From NCBI RefSeq assembly GCF_009914755.1, contig NC_060926.1: a stretch of DNA of 64,000 nt, one strand, 5' to 3'. Positions 16,261 to 29,343 of this stretch are shown here, piece by piece. Each line of letters begins with the position of its first letter. The stretch's first letter is position 1. This stretch comes from the human T2T-CHM13v2.0 reference genome, Homo sapiens. The notes under the pieces were generated by a model. That model made no database searches, was not told the DNA's origin, and saw nothing but the letters and a program-made list of their open reading frames with translations. The position numbers and the translations under genes are program-made.

Positions 16261-17286
16261 GTAACACAAGGGATTTACACAAGATTACACAATTGTTCAA
16301 TAGGGTTAGGAAAATAGAAACAAGAGAAAGGACAGGGCCAGAGGAAGAGAGTAGCAAAGATGAGCTAAGAAGGTAAACTTATTGTCAAGGTAAAGAGTTG
16401 AAGTTTTACGTTACAGGCATTTAACCATGCCAGTTTTTTAAGCAGAAAAGCAAAACTAGGGGGAGGAAGCAATAACCTAAGTAGAAAAAATTCTCTAAAA
16501 ATCATGTGTCAAGGTCCCTTCCTCCAGCAAAGGCTTCCCTTAAGCCATCCAGACAGGGTGGAACGGTTTCTCAGAAATCTAAGCCACTCCATGCCTGTGT
16601 GGTATGAAACCCCATGCAAATGCCATTAAGCCTTCACCAGAGGCTCCCTGCCATGGGCTCTCCCTGTCTCCAGCTGCCCCAGGACAGCAGGGCTGCAGCA
16701 ATGGCTTGGTGAGCAGATCTGGTTTGCAGCACAAAGCTTTGCACTCCCCCTGGACTGTTAGCCCTGACACAGTACATAGCTGTGGTTTCTATGGGAAAGC
16801 CCCTGGCTACCCACACCAGGCCTTAAATGTAGGATGAATCCCACAAAATCTCCCATCCGAACCTGCATTAGGACTCAAATCCTCGGCTGATCCTGGCAGG
16901 GCTGGGCCTCCGGGCACAGATTAGCACAGAAACCCCAGGAACTCAAAGCACCTGCAGGCAAGGATCACTATGGCTGGGAAGCCAGCATCCCCAGGTCTCC
17001 CTGGCCAAGTCAGATCTCTTTTCCCAGAAGTCTTTTCATGGTGAATAGGACACTATGACCAGGAGTCAGGAAACCTGGGTTCTTGTTCTAGGCCAGTCAC
17101 CAACCAGCTCTGGGGCCTTGAGTAAATCACTAGCCTTTGCCGGGTCTCTACTTTCTCATCTCAGGAATACACCACCAGCCCTTGCTACTCTGCAGAACTT
17201 CATAGAAGAACATGTAAGAGTATGGATGTGGAAATCATAGCCAACTTCCTACTTGGTGGGATACCTGGAGAAGACTCAGAGATGGC

Positions 17287-17340
<54 letters not shown>
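17287..17340 (+). repeat. (AGAT)13.5 tetranucleotide STR
   Basis: Perfect run read directly. Confidence 0.97.
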
Positions 17341-17341
<1 letters not shown>

Positions 17342-20300
17342 AAGAAAAACAGATCATCTCCCAGATTTCTGGGAACAGTACAGATGGCAGATGTTCTTCC
17401 TCAGTTTACTCATGAGCATAGTCTTACTTTTAAGGCGGTATGCCTAATTTCTTGTGAGATAATAAAGATGATAATTCAGTCAGGGAGATGGATAGAGCCT
17501 AGAGGAGGAATTAAGGGTGTGCACTTAGCCATCACTACTCTACCTCTGTTGAGCTGTGCCATCTTGGACTAGTCACACAGTTTCTCTGGGCCTCAATGTC
17601 ATCATCTGTAAAATGAGATTATTAAGAGTTGTACCCAGTTGTGGGTACATAGTACCTAGCACATGCTCAGTGCTCAATGAATGGTGGTTGATGATGTCAA
17701 AAAGGAATTCTGACTTTCAGGCTCTGTCTATGTTGCTCTGTCCTTCCACTCCTCCCCATCCCACACATCCAAAGTATATCTTGTAATTGTGACCCTGGGT
17801 GTGCCTTGAAGGGTTTGGCTCTTTCTTTTTCCTATGCACTCCTCCTGGAAAACAGCAGACCTGCTGAGGCAACCAGCACAGAAACAGAGCTCGTGCCGAC
17901 TCCCAACTGCCGGGGATACAAAGGGCTGCTAGGGAGATGGAGCAGGAAGCACAGCCCTGGAAGAGTGCACTGTCTCCCCAGCATCCGACAACCGGCCTCT
18001 CAGTGTGGAGCTCTGTGGGGCACAGTTGACGACTGTCACTCACATCCACTGACACCACCGTCTATGCCATTTGTCAGCAAGCAGAATGCCCTCATGTGGT
18101 TTGACCTGACTCTCTCAAGTCCTGGGGAACAAGGTTGCACCCTCCACATGAAAACAACCAGCTCAATGCACAGAGTCTGGTCAGATTCACAGCTGGAGTT
18201 TGCATCAGTCACCCACCACCCTGCAAGGTTCTATTCTTCAATTCGACCAAATAACTTGTAACTGGGGACACAGCCCAAACATGGAACCAGGAAAGGTCAA
18301 GGTTCCAAGCTACCTTCGAGATCATCTGATCCAATAACTTCATTGTTCTGGTAGGAAAAGCAAATCCCAGCGAGGGGACTTACCAGAGATCATACAGTTG
18401 GCCAGGGAGTGGCTCAAGGATCTAGGAGTAGCAGAGGCATCTTCACCCCCCTCACCTGGGAGAAAACAGAACCACAAAGAGGGGGAGGTCGGCTGGTGGA
18501 GGGGACTGACACCGGTTGCATTTCAGGGGCTTCGCAAGGGGTAGAATGAGCACTGGACTGAGGGTTAGAAGACCAGGGTCCCCCACGTGTCTCTGCCTCG
18601 AATCAGCTGGGCCCCCGTGAGCTGTCACTTCCCCTCTCTTTGGGTCTCAATTCTCTCTTATAAAACGGAGCATCCCATCCACCTCTAAGAATGGGTTCAA
18701 GGAGCAGATGAAAATGTGTTTTGAAAATCCTGAGGCTCTACATATGTACAACCAAATTCTGCCCATCTACACAGCCACTTTTAGCTGTTGTCCCCAAGGC
18801 CTGGAAGCAGGCAGAGGGGAGAGTTAGGTAAGCTCTCTGAGCACATCCAAGGCTGGAGGGCTTCCCTCAGCAAAGGGGGCCCAGAGCACCAGGCTAAATC
18901 CATGTCATTCAAGCAGCGCTCAGGTTGTGTCTAAGCAGCTTTGATTTTAAAAGATTAGGAGGGCCGCAGGGTGGAAAGAAAAGTTGATGGGGCAACAAAG
19001 TCCTGCCCGCAGTACCACACTGCCCTCTGCAGGGTGTCTGTGAGAAGGCACCTCGGCTGGCCAGGTCAGGTTAATTCCGACTGCCCGGGGTCACAGATCC
19101 ATTCCCGTGCCTCCACGCAGTGCAAGCCCTCTCCAAGTAGAAACAGGGATTGGGGGGGTGCTGCAACCACCCTCAGTAATCTGCTCTGTCTTCAAACAGC
19201 GCAGGCCTTTCTTGGTGTCTGGCCCGAATCTTCCTCTTGTCCTGACACCAACCATCTTCCAACCTGCCCTCCGAGGAGCCTGCCTTAGCGTCTCTTGCTT
19301 GTGACTCTAAAGCCAGGATTTAGAAGGTTCTAGAAAACAGAACAGCCCTGGCTCCTGCCCACCTCATTGTACCCTCTTTTCTCCAGAATAAGGTGGTTTC
19401 TCCATACCCTGGACATATTTTGGTCCTTGGAGAAAGCCCCCACACTGAAGGAGACGTGTCTTGCCTGAATCAACAGACAAGCCAGCGTCCTGCAAGTCTC
19501 AGTGATGAACCAAAAAGTCTGTGACTTTCACGAACATCAGACCCAATCTCCACAAATGATCTGGGATTGCGGGGGACATCCAGGGCCCAGAGCCTGCCCC
19601 CACGGCAACAAGGAATGTCCTCCAAGGCCCTCATGGCACCAGACCTTCCCCCTTCTCCATCCTCTCCCTGGCTGTGTGGTTCAGAGTGGGGCACTCTGCA
19701 GCTGGCTGACCAGCCTCCAGGCATGGGCTCAGGCCATGCTCCCTGTGTGCCCTGTGCAGACCCGGGGAGACGCTGCAGCCGGCCTGGCCATGTGACACGG
19801 GTGATTCACACACGCAGACGCCCAGACCAGTTTCTCCTTTCTTCCTCTCCCAGGCCATTACAAAAGGCACAGTCTCAGCACAGTGCTGCATTGTTCCCAG
19901 GGTCAGCAGAGGCTGGAAGCTGAGGGGAATTAGGAAGACAGGGAGTTGAGCAGCGTAGAGTGGTTTTCCATGCAGCATATGCACCTCGTGCAAGCCAAGC
20001 CCACTTCCTGTCTTGGCTCCAGCTCTGGAGCTCAAGTTTATATCTCCCTCCTTCAGAACCAACTTCGGTTTGGGTTGTTGGCTTCTTTAATTTTCCACTC
20101 TCCGCACGTGTGCATTTCTTTGAAAAATATGCACGTGCTGTTTCTTTTTTCTTCTCCAGCACACATCATTCTTTAGAGACTATAATATAAATTCGGAGTC
20201 CAGCAGCCTTTGTCTTTAAGAGCATGCTTTCTCCTTTGTCTTCTGCTCTCTACCCCCAACAAGACACTAAGCATAGACAGGTTGGTGGATGTGATCAGAG

Positions 20301-20682
20301 GTACACGTGGGCAAGGCCAGGACTTGGGGGTGCAACATGAGTGAATGGAAGAGAGAGGAGGCTGGTCAGCAATGGTGGCAGGGGGTGGGGGGTGAAGAAA
20401 TTTGGCCATGAATGGGGCAGTCAAGGATTTGGGAAATTATTCCAATTTTCCTATTCTTTAATTATGAAAATCTTCGACTCTGGGTAGGTGAAAATAATTT
20501 CCTGGTAAATAAACACTTGGAATCAGAAGGGCTTTTGGCAGCCCAGTGGTCCCATTCTGATCATCTGAGAGGTAGTCCTTCCTCTACAGCAGGCCCATGG
20601 CCAGCAGGACAATCTGTCCCACGGCTGAGCAGCTCAACTCATTAGAAGGAGCTTTGAATATCAGGTCAAAATGTGTCCCCCA

Positions 20683-21183
20683 AGTGGTAGGTTGTAAAAA
20701 TGGTCACCCTTTTTCACTCCTCCTTGTATCCATGCCCTTAACATGTGACTTTGCAGGACTGATCTATGACTTGCTTTGATCAAATGTAATGTCATGCCAT
20801 TACTGAACTTAGACTTCAAGAGACCTCACGTACTTCTGCTCTCTCACTCTGAACCCTGTCACTGGCATGAGAACAAGATCAGTATAGTCTGCTACAGGAT
20901 GAACTAACACATGGAGGAGAACTCTGTCATCCCAGCTTAGGCCTTCCTAAGCTTAGACTCTTACTCTCTCAAGTCCTGGGGACAACCCACAGCCAGCATG
21001 ACAGCTGACTGCAGATGCATGTATGAACCCCAGCTGAGATCAGCCAAGCCTGGCCCAGGTCAGCAGAACCACCCAGCTGAGCCCAGCCCAAATTGCTGGC
21101 TCTCAGAATTATGAGTTAAATAAATGTTGTTTTAAGTCAATAAGTTTTGTAGAGTTTTGTTATGCAGAAAAACTAAACCAGTG
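20683..21183 (+). mobile_element. MLT1F/G-type MaLR LTR
   Basis: Start gtggtaggttgtaaaaatggtcac; cagcagaaccacccagctgagcccagcccaaattgc; end ttttaagtcaataagttttg..tgttatgcag. Confidence 0.8.
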
Positions 21184-22609
21184 CAGCCCATAATAGCCCT
21201 CTACAGCTATACAGAATAATCTCGTGATTCCTTGTCCCTGAGGACAGCCCTTTAAATAGTGAAATACTTATCATTGCCTCTAAGCAACAGAATGACTCTT
21301 GGGGAGGTCATGCTACTAGCTCCTGTTTTAGAGGAAAATCACCCACCAAGACATCCTTTGCCACTTCTTTTTCACTAGCTGCCAACCTAGGAGCTGCAAA
21401 CATCTTGCAGTTGCTGTCAGCATCCTTCTACAACATCTTACTCACTCATTAGAGCACTCTGACAGCCCCATACCCCAATAATCTGATCTTTCCAGCACAT
21501 TTTATTGAAAATTAAGAGAAATTATAAGATTGAGATGAGGAGGACACTAAAGTACAATGAAAGTAGTTAAGTAAATTAGGCTTCTTGAAGCCACTTCTGA
21601 CCCAAATCTGCCAAAACTGCCAAAAAGCCTCCAAAATAAATGTCCATGGAAGGCTTCACATGGAGCCCCAGCTCCATGGGTCACAGCAGTTGAGGGTGGT
21701 CAGGGGCTGCTGCTTCCAGCATTGGCCATGTGAAGTCAGCAGCAAATGCATTGAACTTGGTCTTGGGGCTGATGGGGAAGGTCATCACCCCCACCACAGG
21801 AGACAGATCAGACCTATGGCAGCCTCCATTTGGAACCAGATGTGGAGGGAAGTGGTGTGGGAAATGGCTGCCATCTGTGGATTTTCTGGCTGAAGACTTG
21901 ACTGCAAAGTTTGCCAGTTTCAAACGAGCCCTTGCAGCTTGGCTTCCTGTTTTCCGTTTGCGCTCCCCGTGTGTCACGGCACAATTATTCTGGGAGACGT
22001 GCTCAAAATGGACACGGTCTCCAATTTTCTTTCCCTAATAACAGTGCGGGAAATAGGGGTGAGGAAGGCAGTTGAGAGAGGAAAAACCCCAAACCTCAGA
22101 AAAGGATGAAAACACTTCTAAACTCAATTTCAAAAATGAGAAAATCAAAATCACCAAATCGCAATACACAGCCCTCTACTCATTCAATCCAGTCCCCTTA
22201 TGGCTGAGCAGGCTAGCGAAGAGAAGAGACTTCATGGATGTGAGGGGTGTGAGTTCTACTTTCATGGGATCAAGAATATTTTGAAATTTTCTTTCCTGAG
22301 AGCCTAAAAATCATCCGCCTGGGATGGCAACAAGGTCAAATGGCTGGTGGTAGGGTCCTGAAAAGATGCCGTCCACCACCAATTATTTTTCAACCACATA
22401 CATGGCCTTGGCCATGGCTCAAAGCAGAACAAAGAAAGGGCAACTCTCTTCCAGCTCTTTTTTGTCTTCTACTGGACAAATTAATCAGCCCCAGTGCCCA
22501 AATCCATTCTTATTCATGGCCAGGAAAGAAGTTGGAAGTCTAGAGTATGCATGTTTTAAAGGTCTTTGGAACTGTCTTGCTTTTGGATTTTAGATGAAAA
22601 GATTAGGAT

Positions 22610-22985
22610 GTGTTTGTCTGTGTGTGCCTATGTATATGAGCCTGGATTTATCCAGGCTTTTATCTATGTGCCTGGGTACACATATTTGTGTTTCTGAAAG
22701 TGCCAGCTAGTGTGCGAGCATGATTTACATAAATAAATATATCTATAACATGTACACTTGGTACGAATGCCTGTGTGAGCCCATGAATGTGCACACTTGC
22801 TGGCCAGCATGTGCATAAAGTTGTGTTTGTGTGTGCATGCACATGAGTGTGTGAATGCCCCACATGTGTTGCATGCACTAACATGTCTGCAGTCTATGTT
22901 CAAGATGGGGTGGCATGAGTGTGCATGCTAGCACACAACTGCCTGTGAGAAGGTGTGTCTGTGTGTGCACGTGTCTGTCCGTGCA
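22610..22985 (+). repeat. Degenerate (TG)-rich low-complexity tract
   Basis: Interrupted tgtg/tgca runs over ~370 bp. Confidence 0.8.
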
Positions 22986-23487
22986 AGCAGGGCTCCTGGT
23001 CTCTCCCCATCTCCATCTCCACCTCCCCCTCCATCAGCCCACAGCAGCCTCTGTTTGCCTCCCTTTGGGATCTGCCAGCTAATGGCAGGAGTTCTTCTCC
23101 CAGGGAAACAACACTCCTCCCTGCTCATTTGTGTCTCATCAGAGGGCTAACTGGCCTGGAGGGGCTCCAGGCTCCAACCCGTAAATGGCAGCCCACGATG
23201 GCAATGGACGACTTTCTTAATTGCCCGTGATGCTTGCGGGTGCAGTGCAAACACAACGGTAGCTATTAGGCTGCGAGGCCTGAAGCAGGGTTACATTTTG
23301 CGCCTGTGTGAATTTAGTGTTCCTGGGAGTTGAGAGGCCAGAGTGGGTTGGAGCCACCGAGAGGCTGTTATTATGGCCTGGCATGAGCCTGCCGTTAGCT
23401 TCTTGAGACCCTGAGGCCATTTCACCACACTCCAGAATTGCAACCCCCTTGAATTTCCAAACCAGGGACCCTGGGCAGCAATCCCCC

Positions 23488-23514
23488 CACCACACACACA
23501 CACATGCACACACA

Positions 23515-23550
<36 letters not shown>

Positions 23551-23710
23551 CATGCTTCTTCTTTCTCTATTCTGTCTGTCTCTGATTTATTTTTCTTTCT
23601 GTCTCTTTCTCCTCACTCTATGGTTTTTCTCTCTCTTTCACTCTTCCCCTCTATCCGTTTCTTGCTTCCTCCCTTCTTTCTTCCTCCCTTCTTCTCCTCT
23701 CTCTGCCACT
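23488..23710 (+). repeat. Interrupted (CA)n followed by a CT-rich tract
   Basis: Read directly; CA run 23488-23545. Confidence 0.9.
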
Positions 23711-24699
23711 CTCCTAGTTCATAAGCTCACAGCAGCAGACCTAAAGCTGGACAATGACCAGCATCACCTTCACCTGCCCAACCACCAGCAGTAGCCTTTC
23801 TCCTTCTCCAGCCCAACCCCAGCCCAGTCTCTCCCTTTGGTCTCCATCCAGCCCATTCCTTCACAGTTCTGGGTCCCAACAGGAACATTTGTTATGTATA
23901 CGTAACTCTAAGGCTTTGAGGAGGCTGGAGGGGTTTAGCAATGAGCTTTTTGTTTCTTTTGTTCCCCTCTGTTTGCCCCCTCATAGACGCCCATGATAAC
24001 CAGCGCTCAGTCTCTTGTTTTCTGCGTTGCTGGCTTCAGCTCACATGAGGGAAACTGAAGATCCAAAGATAGCGGGAGTACTCTACATCAATACATCAAA
24101 GGAAAGGTGCCCAAATGCAGGACTCCTCCATAGCTTAAGGCACAAAACTTCTCCTCCGTAGGCCCAGAATGGAAGAACATGGGTTTGAAGCCTCCAGTTG
24201 TGGGTGGCACTTGAAGGAATTTGGAGCAATGACAGGAGACTGTGTGATTTCCTCTTGAGAGGAGAAGTGGGCCAGGAAACAGTGGTAAGACACTGCTTTA
24301 TAAATGGCTTAAAATATCCTCATTCAAATAGTTCTTCAGAACATGTTGCTTGGCTCAATGTTTATGGGTGAATAAATGAGTGAGTAAACAAATAAGTGAA
24401 TAAATGAATGACTAGAAGGCAATTACGTTCCCTTTCCTAGAGATTCCTAGGAATGAAAATCATACTAAATCTGGATGATCTCTCCTTAAAGTAAGGGAAT
24501 GCATAAGGTGACATCAGCAGGGCTCTCCAACAGGAGGAAGTAGCAATCCTCCAGTAGGTCCCCTCCCCTGGTGGCACCCAATTCCTTTGTGTATTAGTCT
24601 CCACTAATGATCTCAATTGACCTTCCCACCAATAAAGCACTGGAGATGAGGAAGCTGTGACGTTATGAGGATGAAGGCATTTCCAACTCTTTCACAGTT

Positions 24700-25127
24700 T
24701 TCATCCAATAGCACAACATCTTCTCTTGTCCTTCATCTCAGCCAGGACCATGAGAGGCTCCCAGGTGACCCCACATGGAACAGTAATGCAGATGCCTAAT
24801 GCTTTTGTCCTTCTTATTTTGTCTACCTTGCCAGGTGTAAGGGCACTTTCTGACTGGGGAGGAAATATGAAAGTTCAGCTCCTTTGCATCTAGTTGGGAC
24901 AAACTCTGAAGCATAATTTGCATTCTATCATGCCTCTGCAGGATCAAGGTAAAGTTTATCCTCCATGAGTTTATAACAGAAATTTCATGCTTGCTTGACT
25001 TCTTCCCCTTTTCTTTCCTGCATGCCCCACTCTCTTTCAAGTTTCTCCTAGGATCATTTTGTTAAAAAATCACTTGTGCACTAATAGTCATCTCAAGGTC
25101 TACTTCTGGAAAACTGATCTTAAATAA
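24700..25127 (+). mobile_element. LTR16-like (ERVL) LTR remnant
   Basis: 3' end aaatcacttgtgcactaatagtcatctcaaggtctacttctggaaaac resembles the LTR16 terminus; 5' boundary uncertain. Confidence 0.55.
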
Positions 25128-25754
25128 CAGAGTGCTCAAACTAAAATGCCTACTAGAGTCTGTTGTGAGGAGGTATAGAAACCTCACACTCTACCCGTCT
25201 TAGTTTGTTTCATGCTTCTATAGCAATACCATACACTGGGTAATTTATAATGAACAGAAATTTATTTAGCTTGTGGCTAAGTCCAAGGTCAAGGAGCCAC
25301 ATCTGATGAGGGCCTTCTTGCTGCATGATAACATGATGGAAGGCATGACATGTGTGTGAGAGACAGAGAGAAGGAAGCTAAATTCATCCTTTTTTAAGAA
25401 ACCCATTCCCAAGGTAACAATCAATTGATGAGGGCCCTGCCTCTAATCATCTCTTAAAAGTCCCACCTCTCAACACTGCTGCACTGGGGATTAGGTTTCC
25501 AGCACATGAACCCTTGGGGAACACATTCAACTCACAGTGGCATCCAAAGACAGCAGCCGCTCCCAGTGGGAATGGCAGCCATACTGCAAGATAGCCTGAC
25601 TTTTTAAAAATGTTTAACAGAATCCATGGTTTCACATATCTCTCCATTTTTAAGTGTGAAAAACATCTGAGATCTTTTTTAACACACTGTTCAAGCTGAG
25701 CAGAACACATCCACAGATGGGATGCATATTCCGACTACTAGATTTCAATCTCTG
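25128..25754 (+). mobile_element. MER102-like hAT element interrupted by an MLT1A LTR
   Basis: Left end cagagtgctcaaactaaaatgcctac, right end ..gatttcaatctctg; the internal text resumes after the LTR. Confidence 0.55.
25196..25540 (-). mobile_element. MLT1A-type MaLR LTR
   Basis: gtcttagtttgtttcatgc..actgggtaatttataatgaacagaaatttattt..gggattaggtttccagcacatgaa..acacattcaa. Confidence 0.85.
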
Positions 25755-25819
25755 CATTGGTGGTTCAGATTCTAGTGAAGAAATGATTGGAGGTGACTTC
25801 CAACACCACCCAATCAAAA

Positions 25820-27918
25820 ACTACCAAGTATTGAAAAGGGCAGAAACATGACCCATGGTATCATGACAAATCAATTAACCAAAACCAACTTGAAACCTAC
25901 ACGGATGTTAGAATTATCAGACAAGGAAATAGAAACAGTTATTATAATTATATCTGTATATGTTCAAAAAGTTAAGTAGAAGATATTTTAAAAGATCCAA
26001 GTCAGACTTCTACAGATGAAAACTAAAATGTCTGAGATGAAAAATACACTGACTAGAATAAATGGGAGATCAGACATTACAGAAGAAACTTGAAGACTCA
26101 GCAATATGAGCTAGCCATGAGGATACATAAAGATAAAAAGACATTATAGAAAAACTAACAGAGTATCACTGAGCTATGGGACAACTTCAAGCAACCAAAT
26201 ATATGTGTAATTGCAGTCATCAAATTTGAGATGCAAGGGAGAACAGAAAAATTATTTGAAGAAATACTGGTTAAATTTTTTTCCAAGTTTAATGAAAACT
26301 ATATACCCACAAACCCGGAAAACACAATGAATGCCAAGCAAAACAATATGAGGAATATCACACCTCATAATCAAATTGCTCAAAACCAGTGATTAAGAGA
26401 AAATCTAAAAAACAGCAAAAGAAAGGTACATTATGAACAAAAGAGCCAAAGTAAAGACAGCAGATGTCTCATCTTAAAACAGTATGTGAGGGAAGGCTGT
26501 AGGGCAATATCTTTAATGTGTCAAAAGAAAAAATATCAACTGGAATTCTATACCTAGTGAAAATATCTTTCCCCAAAAAAAGCGAAATAAAGAAATTTTC
26601 AGGCATAAAAAACTGTAAGAATCTAACACCAGCAGACCTACATTAGAAGAAATATTAAAGTCCTTTGGGAAAAAAAAATTAAACCAGATGGAAATATGAA
26701 TGAATGTGCACCAGGAATTAAGAACACCAAAAATAGTAACTTACATTATATGAAAAACTTACCTAAAATGAATCGCAGATGTAAACATAAAATATAAAAC
26801 TATATACATAGAAAATATAGAAAAAAACCTTTATGGTTTCTTAAGACTTCATACATACAATACCCAAAGTACAAGTGATAGTAGAACTAATTGATAAATT
26901 GGACTTCATCAAATGTAAAAATATCTACTCTTCAAAATCAGAATGAAAAGACAAGGCACAGACTACAAGAAAAATATTTACAAATCATGTATCTGATAAT
27001 GGATTTGTATCCAGATTTATAAAGGGAACTCTCAAAATTCAATAAAGAAAATAAGCAACCCAATAAAGAAAACAGGAAAAATATCTAAACAGACACTTTC
27101 CCAAAGAAGATACATGGATGGCAAAAAAGCACATGAAAAGACATTCAACCTCATCAGTCATTAGGGAAATGCAAATTAAAACCACAATGACATAGCACTA
27201 AATAATTATTAGCATAGCTAAAATGGAAAGGACTGACCACATCAAGTGGTGGTGAGGATGTGGAGGAACTGGAACACTGTTGGTGGGATTGTAAAATAGG
27301 ACAAGCATTTCGGAAAGCAGTTTGGCAGTTATTTTACAAGTCAAATATACACCTACCATATGATTCAGCCATTCCATTCCTGGATGTTTACCCAAAAGAA
27401 ATAAAAGCATATGTCCATACAATGACTTGACTGAATTTTTATAGCAGCCTTATCTGTAATAGCCAAACACTTGAAATAACCCAGATGTCCTTTAACAGGT
27501 GAATGGGTAAGCAAATTATAATATACTCACATGATGGAATACTACTCAGCAATCAAAAGGAATGAACTACTAATACATACTACAATCTGGATGAATCCCA
27601 GAATAAGTATGCTGAGTGAAAGAAGCCAGACTAAAGAACATACATAGTATATTATTCCATTTATATAAAATTCTAGGAAACTCAAACTAACCTATAGAGA
27701 GGTAAAGCAGATCCATGGTTGTGTGGGTGAGAGAAGCAAGAAAGAAAGGTTACAAAGTGCCACAGAGAAACTTTTTGGGATAATAAATATGCTCAACATC
27801 TTGATTCCAGTGATGGGTTCATGGGTATACACCTGTGTCAAAACTTATAAAATTGTACACTTTAAATGTGTGCAGTTTGTTGCATGCCAATTATACCTCG
27901 ATAAAGCTATTTTAAAAA
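25820..27918 (+). mobile_element. Old L1M element, internally deleted (ORF1-region fragments joined to ORF2 end and 3'UTR)
   Basis: A-rich; gagctatgggacaacttcaagc (ORF1 region), cattagggaaatgcaaattaaaaccacaatga (ORF2 end), 3' end ttatacctcgataaagctattttaaaaa. Confidence 0.85.
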
Positions 27919-28607
27919 CAGCTTTATTATACTTATTTATTGATCTGGCAATCAACAATGATGTGTTTAAAAAAGAAAAAGAAATTGTCAAAAAAGGTGA
28001 AGCATTCTTAACCTGGACGTGGAAGCAGGGGAACCATAACCCACAGGTCAGCCCTACCATGGCCCAGGGTTCATTCATTCCCTTTCCACACGCCTTCATA
28101 GGCCCTCCAGTTGACTGAACATTTACTCCAAGGTCATTTAATTAATATCCATGAGAAAATGAGAATGTATGTGGATTTTCAGCAGGGACAAGAGCTGCAT
28201 CAACTCTTTACTTTGTGTAATCTATATAAAAGTATGCCTTTTATCAAGGCACAATGCCTTACTTAAGCTTTTATAAAAAGTACCTATCCTTTACAATAGA
28301 AGCATAAGTATACAGTAGATCAAATATGAGCCACGAGTGAGCCGTTTGTTCTCACCTGCTGTGCATCATGATCTTACCAGTGTTTACTAATAACCCAACT
28401 ATGAATGTGCAATATACCTCTATTACACTGTATTGGTCTCTGGGTAGAAACCCTCAAACGACGACTTCAGTGTCTAAATCATGACTCTGTATCCAATGGC
28501 TACCTCATTTATCTTCGTTTAGATTTTAAGCATTTTCCACTCATCGACATGTGTTTCTCATCTCCCAAGTATGTTCACAGCAGCCCGTGGGAGTGAGTAG
28601 AGCAGAC

Positions 28608-28684
28608 ACATCATCCCCTCCTTACAGACAAGAAAACCCAGGCAAAAAGCAGTGAATGGATCTGCCCGATATGACACAGCTAGT
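28608..28684 (-). mobile_element. MIR core fragment running directly into the minisatellite
   Basis: atcccctccttacagacaagaaaacccaggc..agtgaatggatctgcccgatatgacacagctagt aligns with MIR atccccattttacagatgaggaaactgaggc..aagtgacttgcccaaggtcacacagctagt. Confidence 0.75.
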
Positions 28685-29343
28685 CCCCCAGATAAAATCA
28701 CAGGCCTGATATGACACAGCTAGTCCCCCAGATGAAAATGCAGGCCCAATATAACAGAGCTAGTCCCCCAGATGAAAACGCAGGCCCAATATGACACAGC
28801 TTATCCCCCAGAAGAAAATCCAATATGACACAGCTAGCCCCCCAGATGAAAACTCAGGCCCAATATTACATAGCTAGTCCCCCAGATGAAAACTTAGGCC
28901 AAATATGACACAACTAGTGCCCCAGATGAAATCACAGGCCCAATATTACATTAGCTAGTCCCCCATATGAAAACTCAGGCCCAATATTACATAGCTAGTC
29001 CCCCAGATGAAAACTTAGGCCCAATATGACACAGCTAGTCCCCCAGATGTAAAATCAGGCCCGATATTACATAGCTAGCCCCCCAGATGAAAACTCAGGC
29101 CCAATACTACATAGCTAGTCCCCCAGATGAAATCACAGGCCCAATATGATACAGCTTTTCCCCCAGATGAAATCGCAAGCCCAATATGACACAGCTTGTC
29201 CCCCAGATGAAATCACAGGCCCAATATAACACAGCTTGTCCCCCAGATGAAATCACAGGCCCAATATGACACAGCTTGTCCCACAAATGAAAACTCAGGC
29301 CCGATATTACATAGCTTGTCCCCCAGATGAAATCGCAGGTCCA
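28664..29343 (+). repeat. Minisatellite, ~17 copies of a 40-bp unit (GGCCCAATATGACACAGCTAGTCCCCCAGATGAAAACTCA)
   Basis: The cccccag anchor recurs every 40 bp from ~28690 to ~29325 (one 34-bp and one 41-bp unit). Confidence 0.97.

Noticed and set aside
28664-29343. Regular 40-bp periodic array as a CRISPR-like locus, or the minus-strand ORFs over it as repeat proteins
   Set aside because: There are no unique spacers (whole units repeat), the context is primate with no cas genes, and the ORFs merely read through the repeat.
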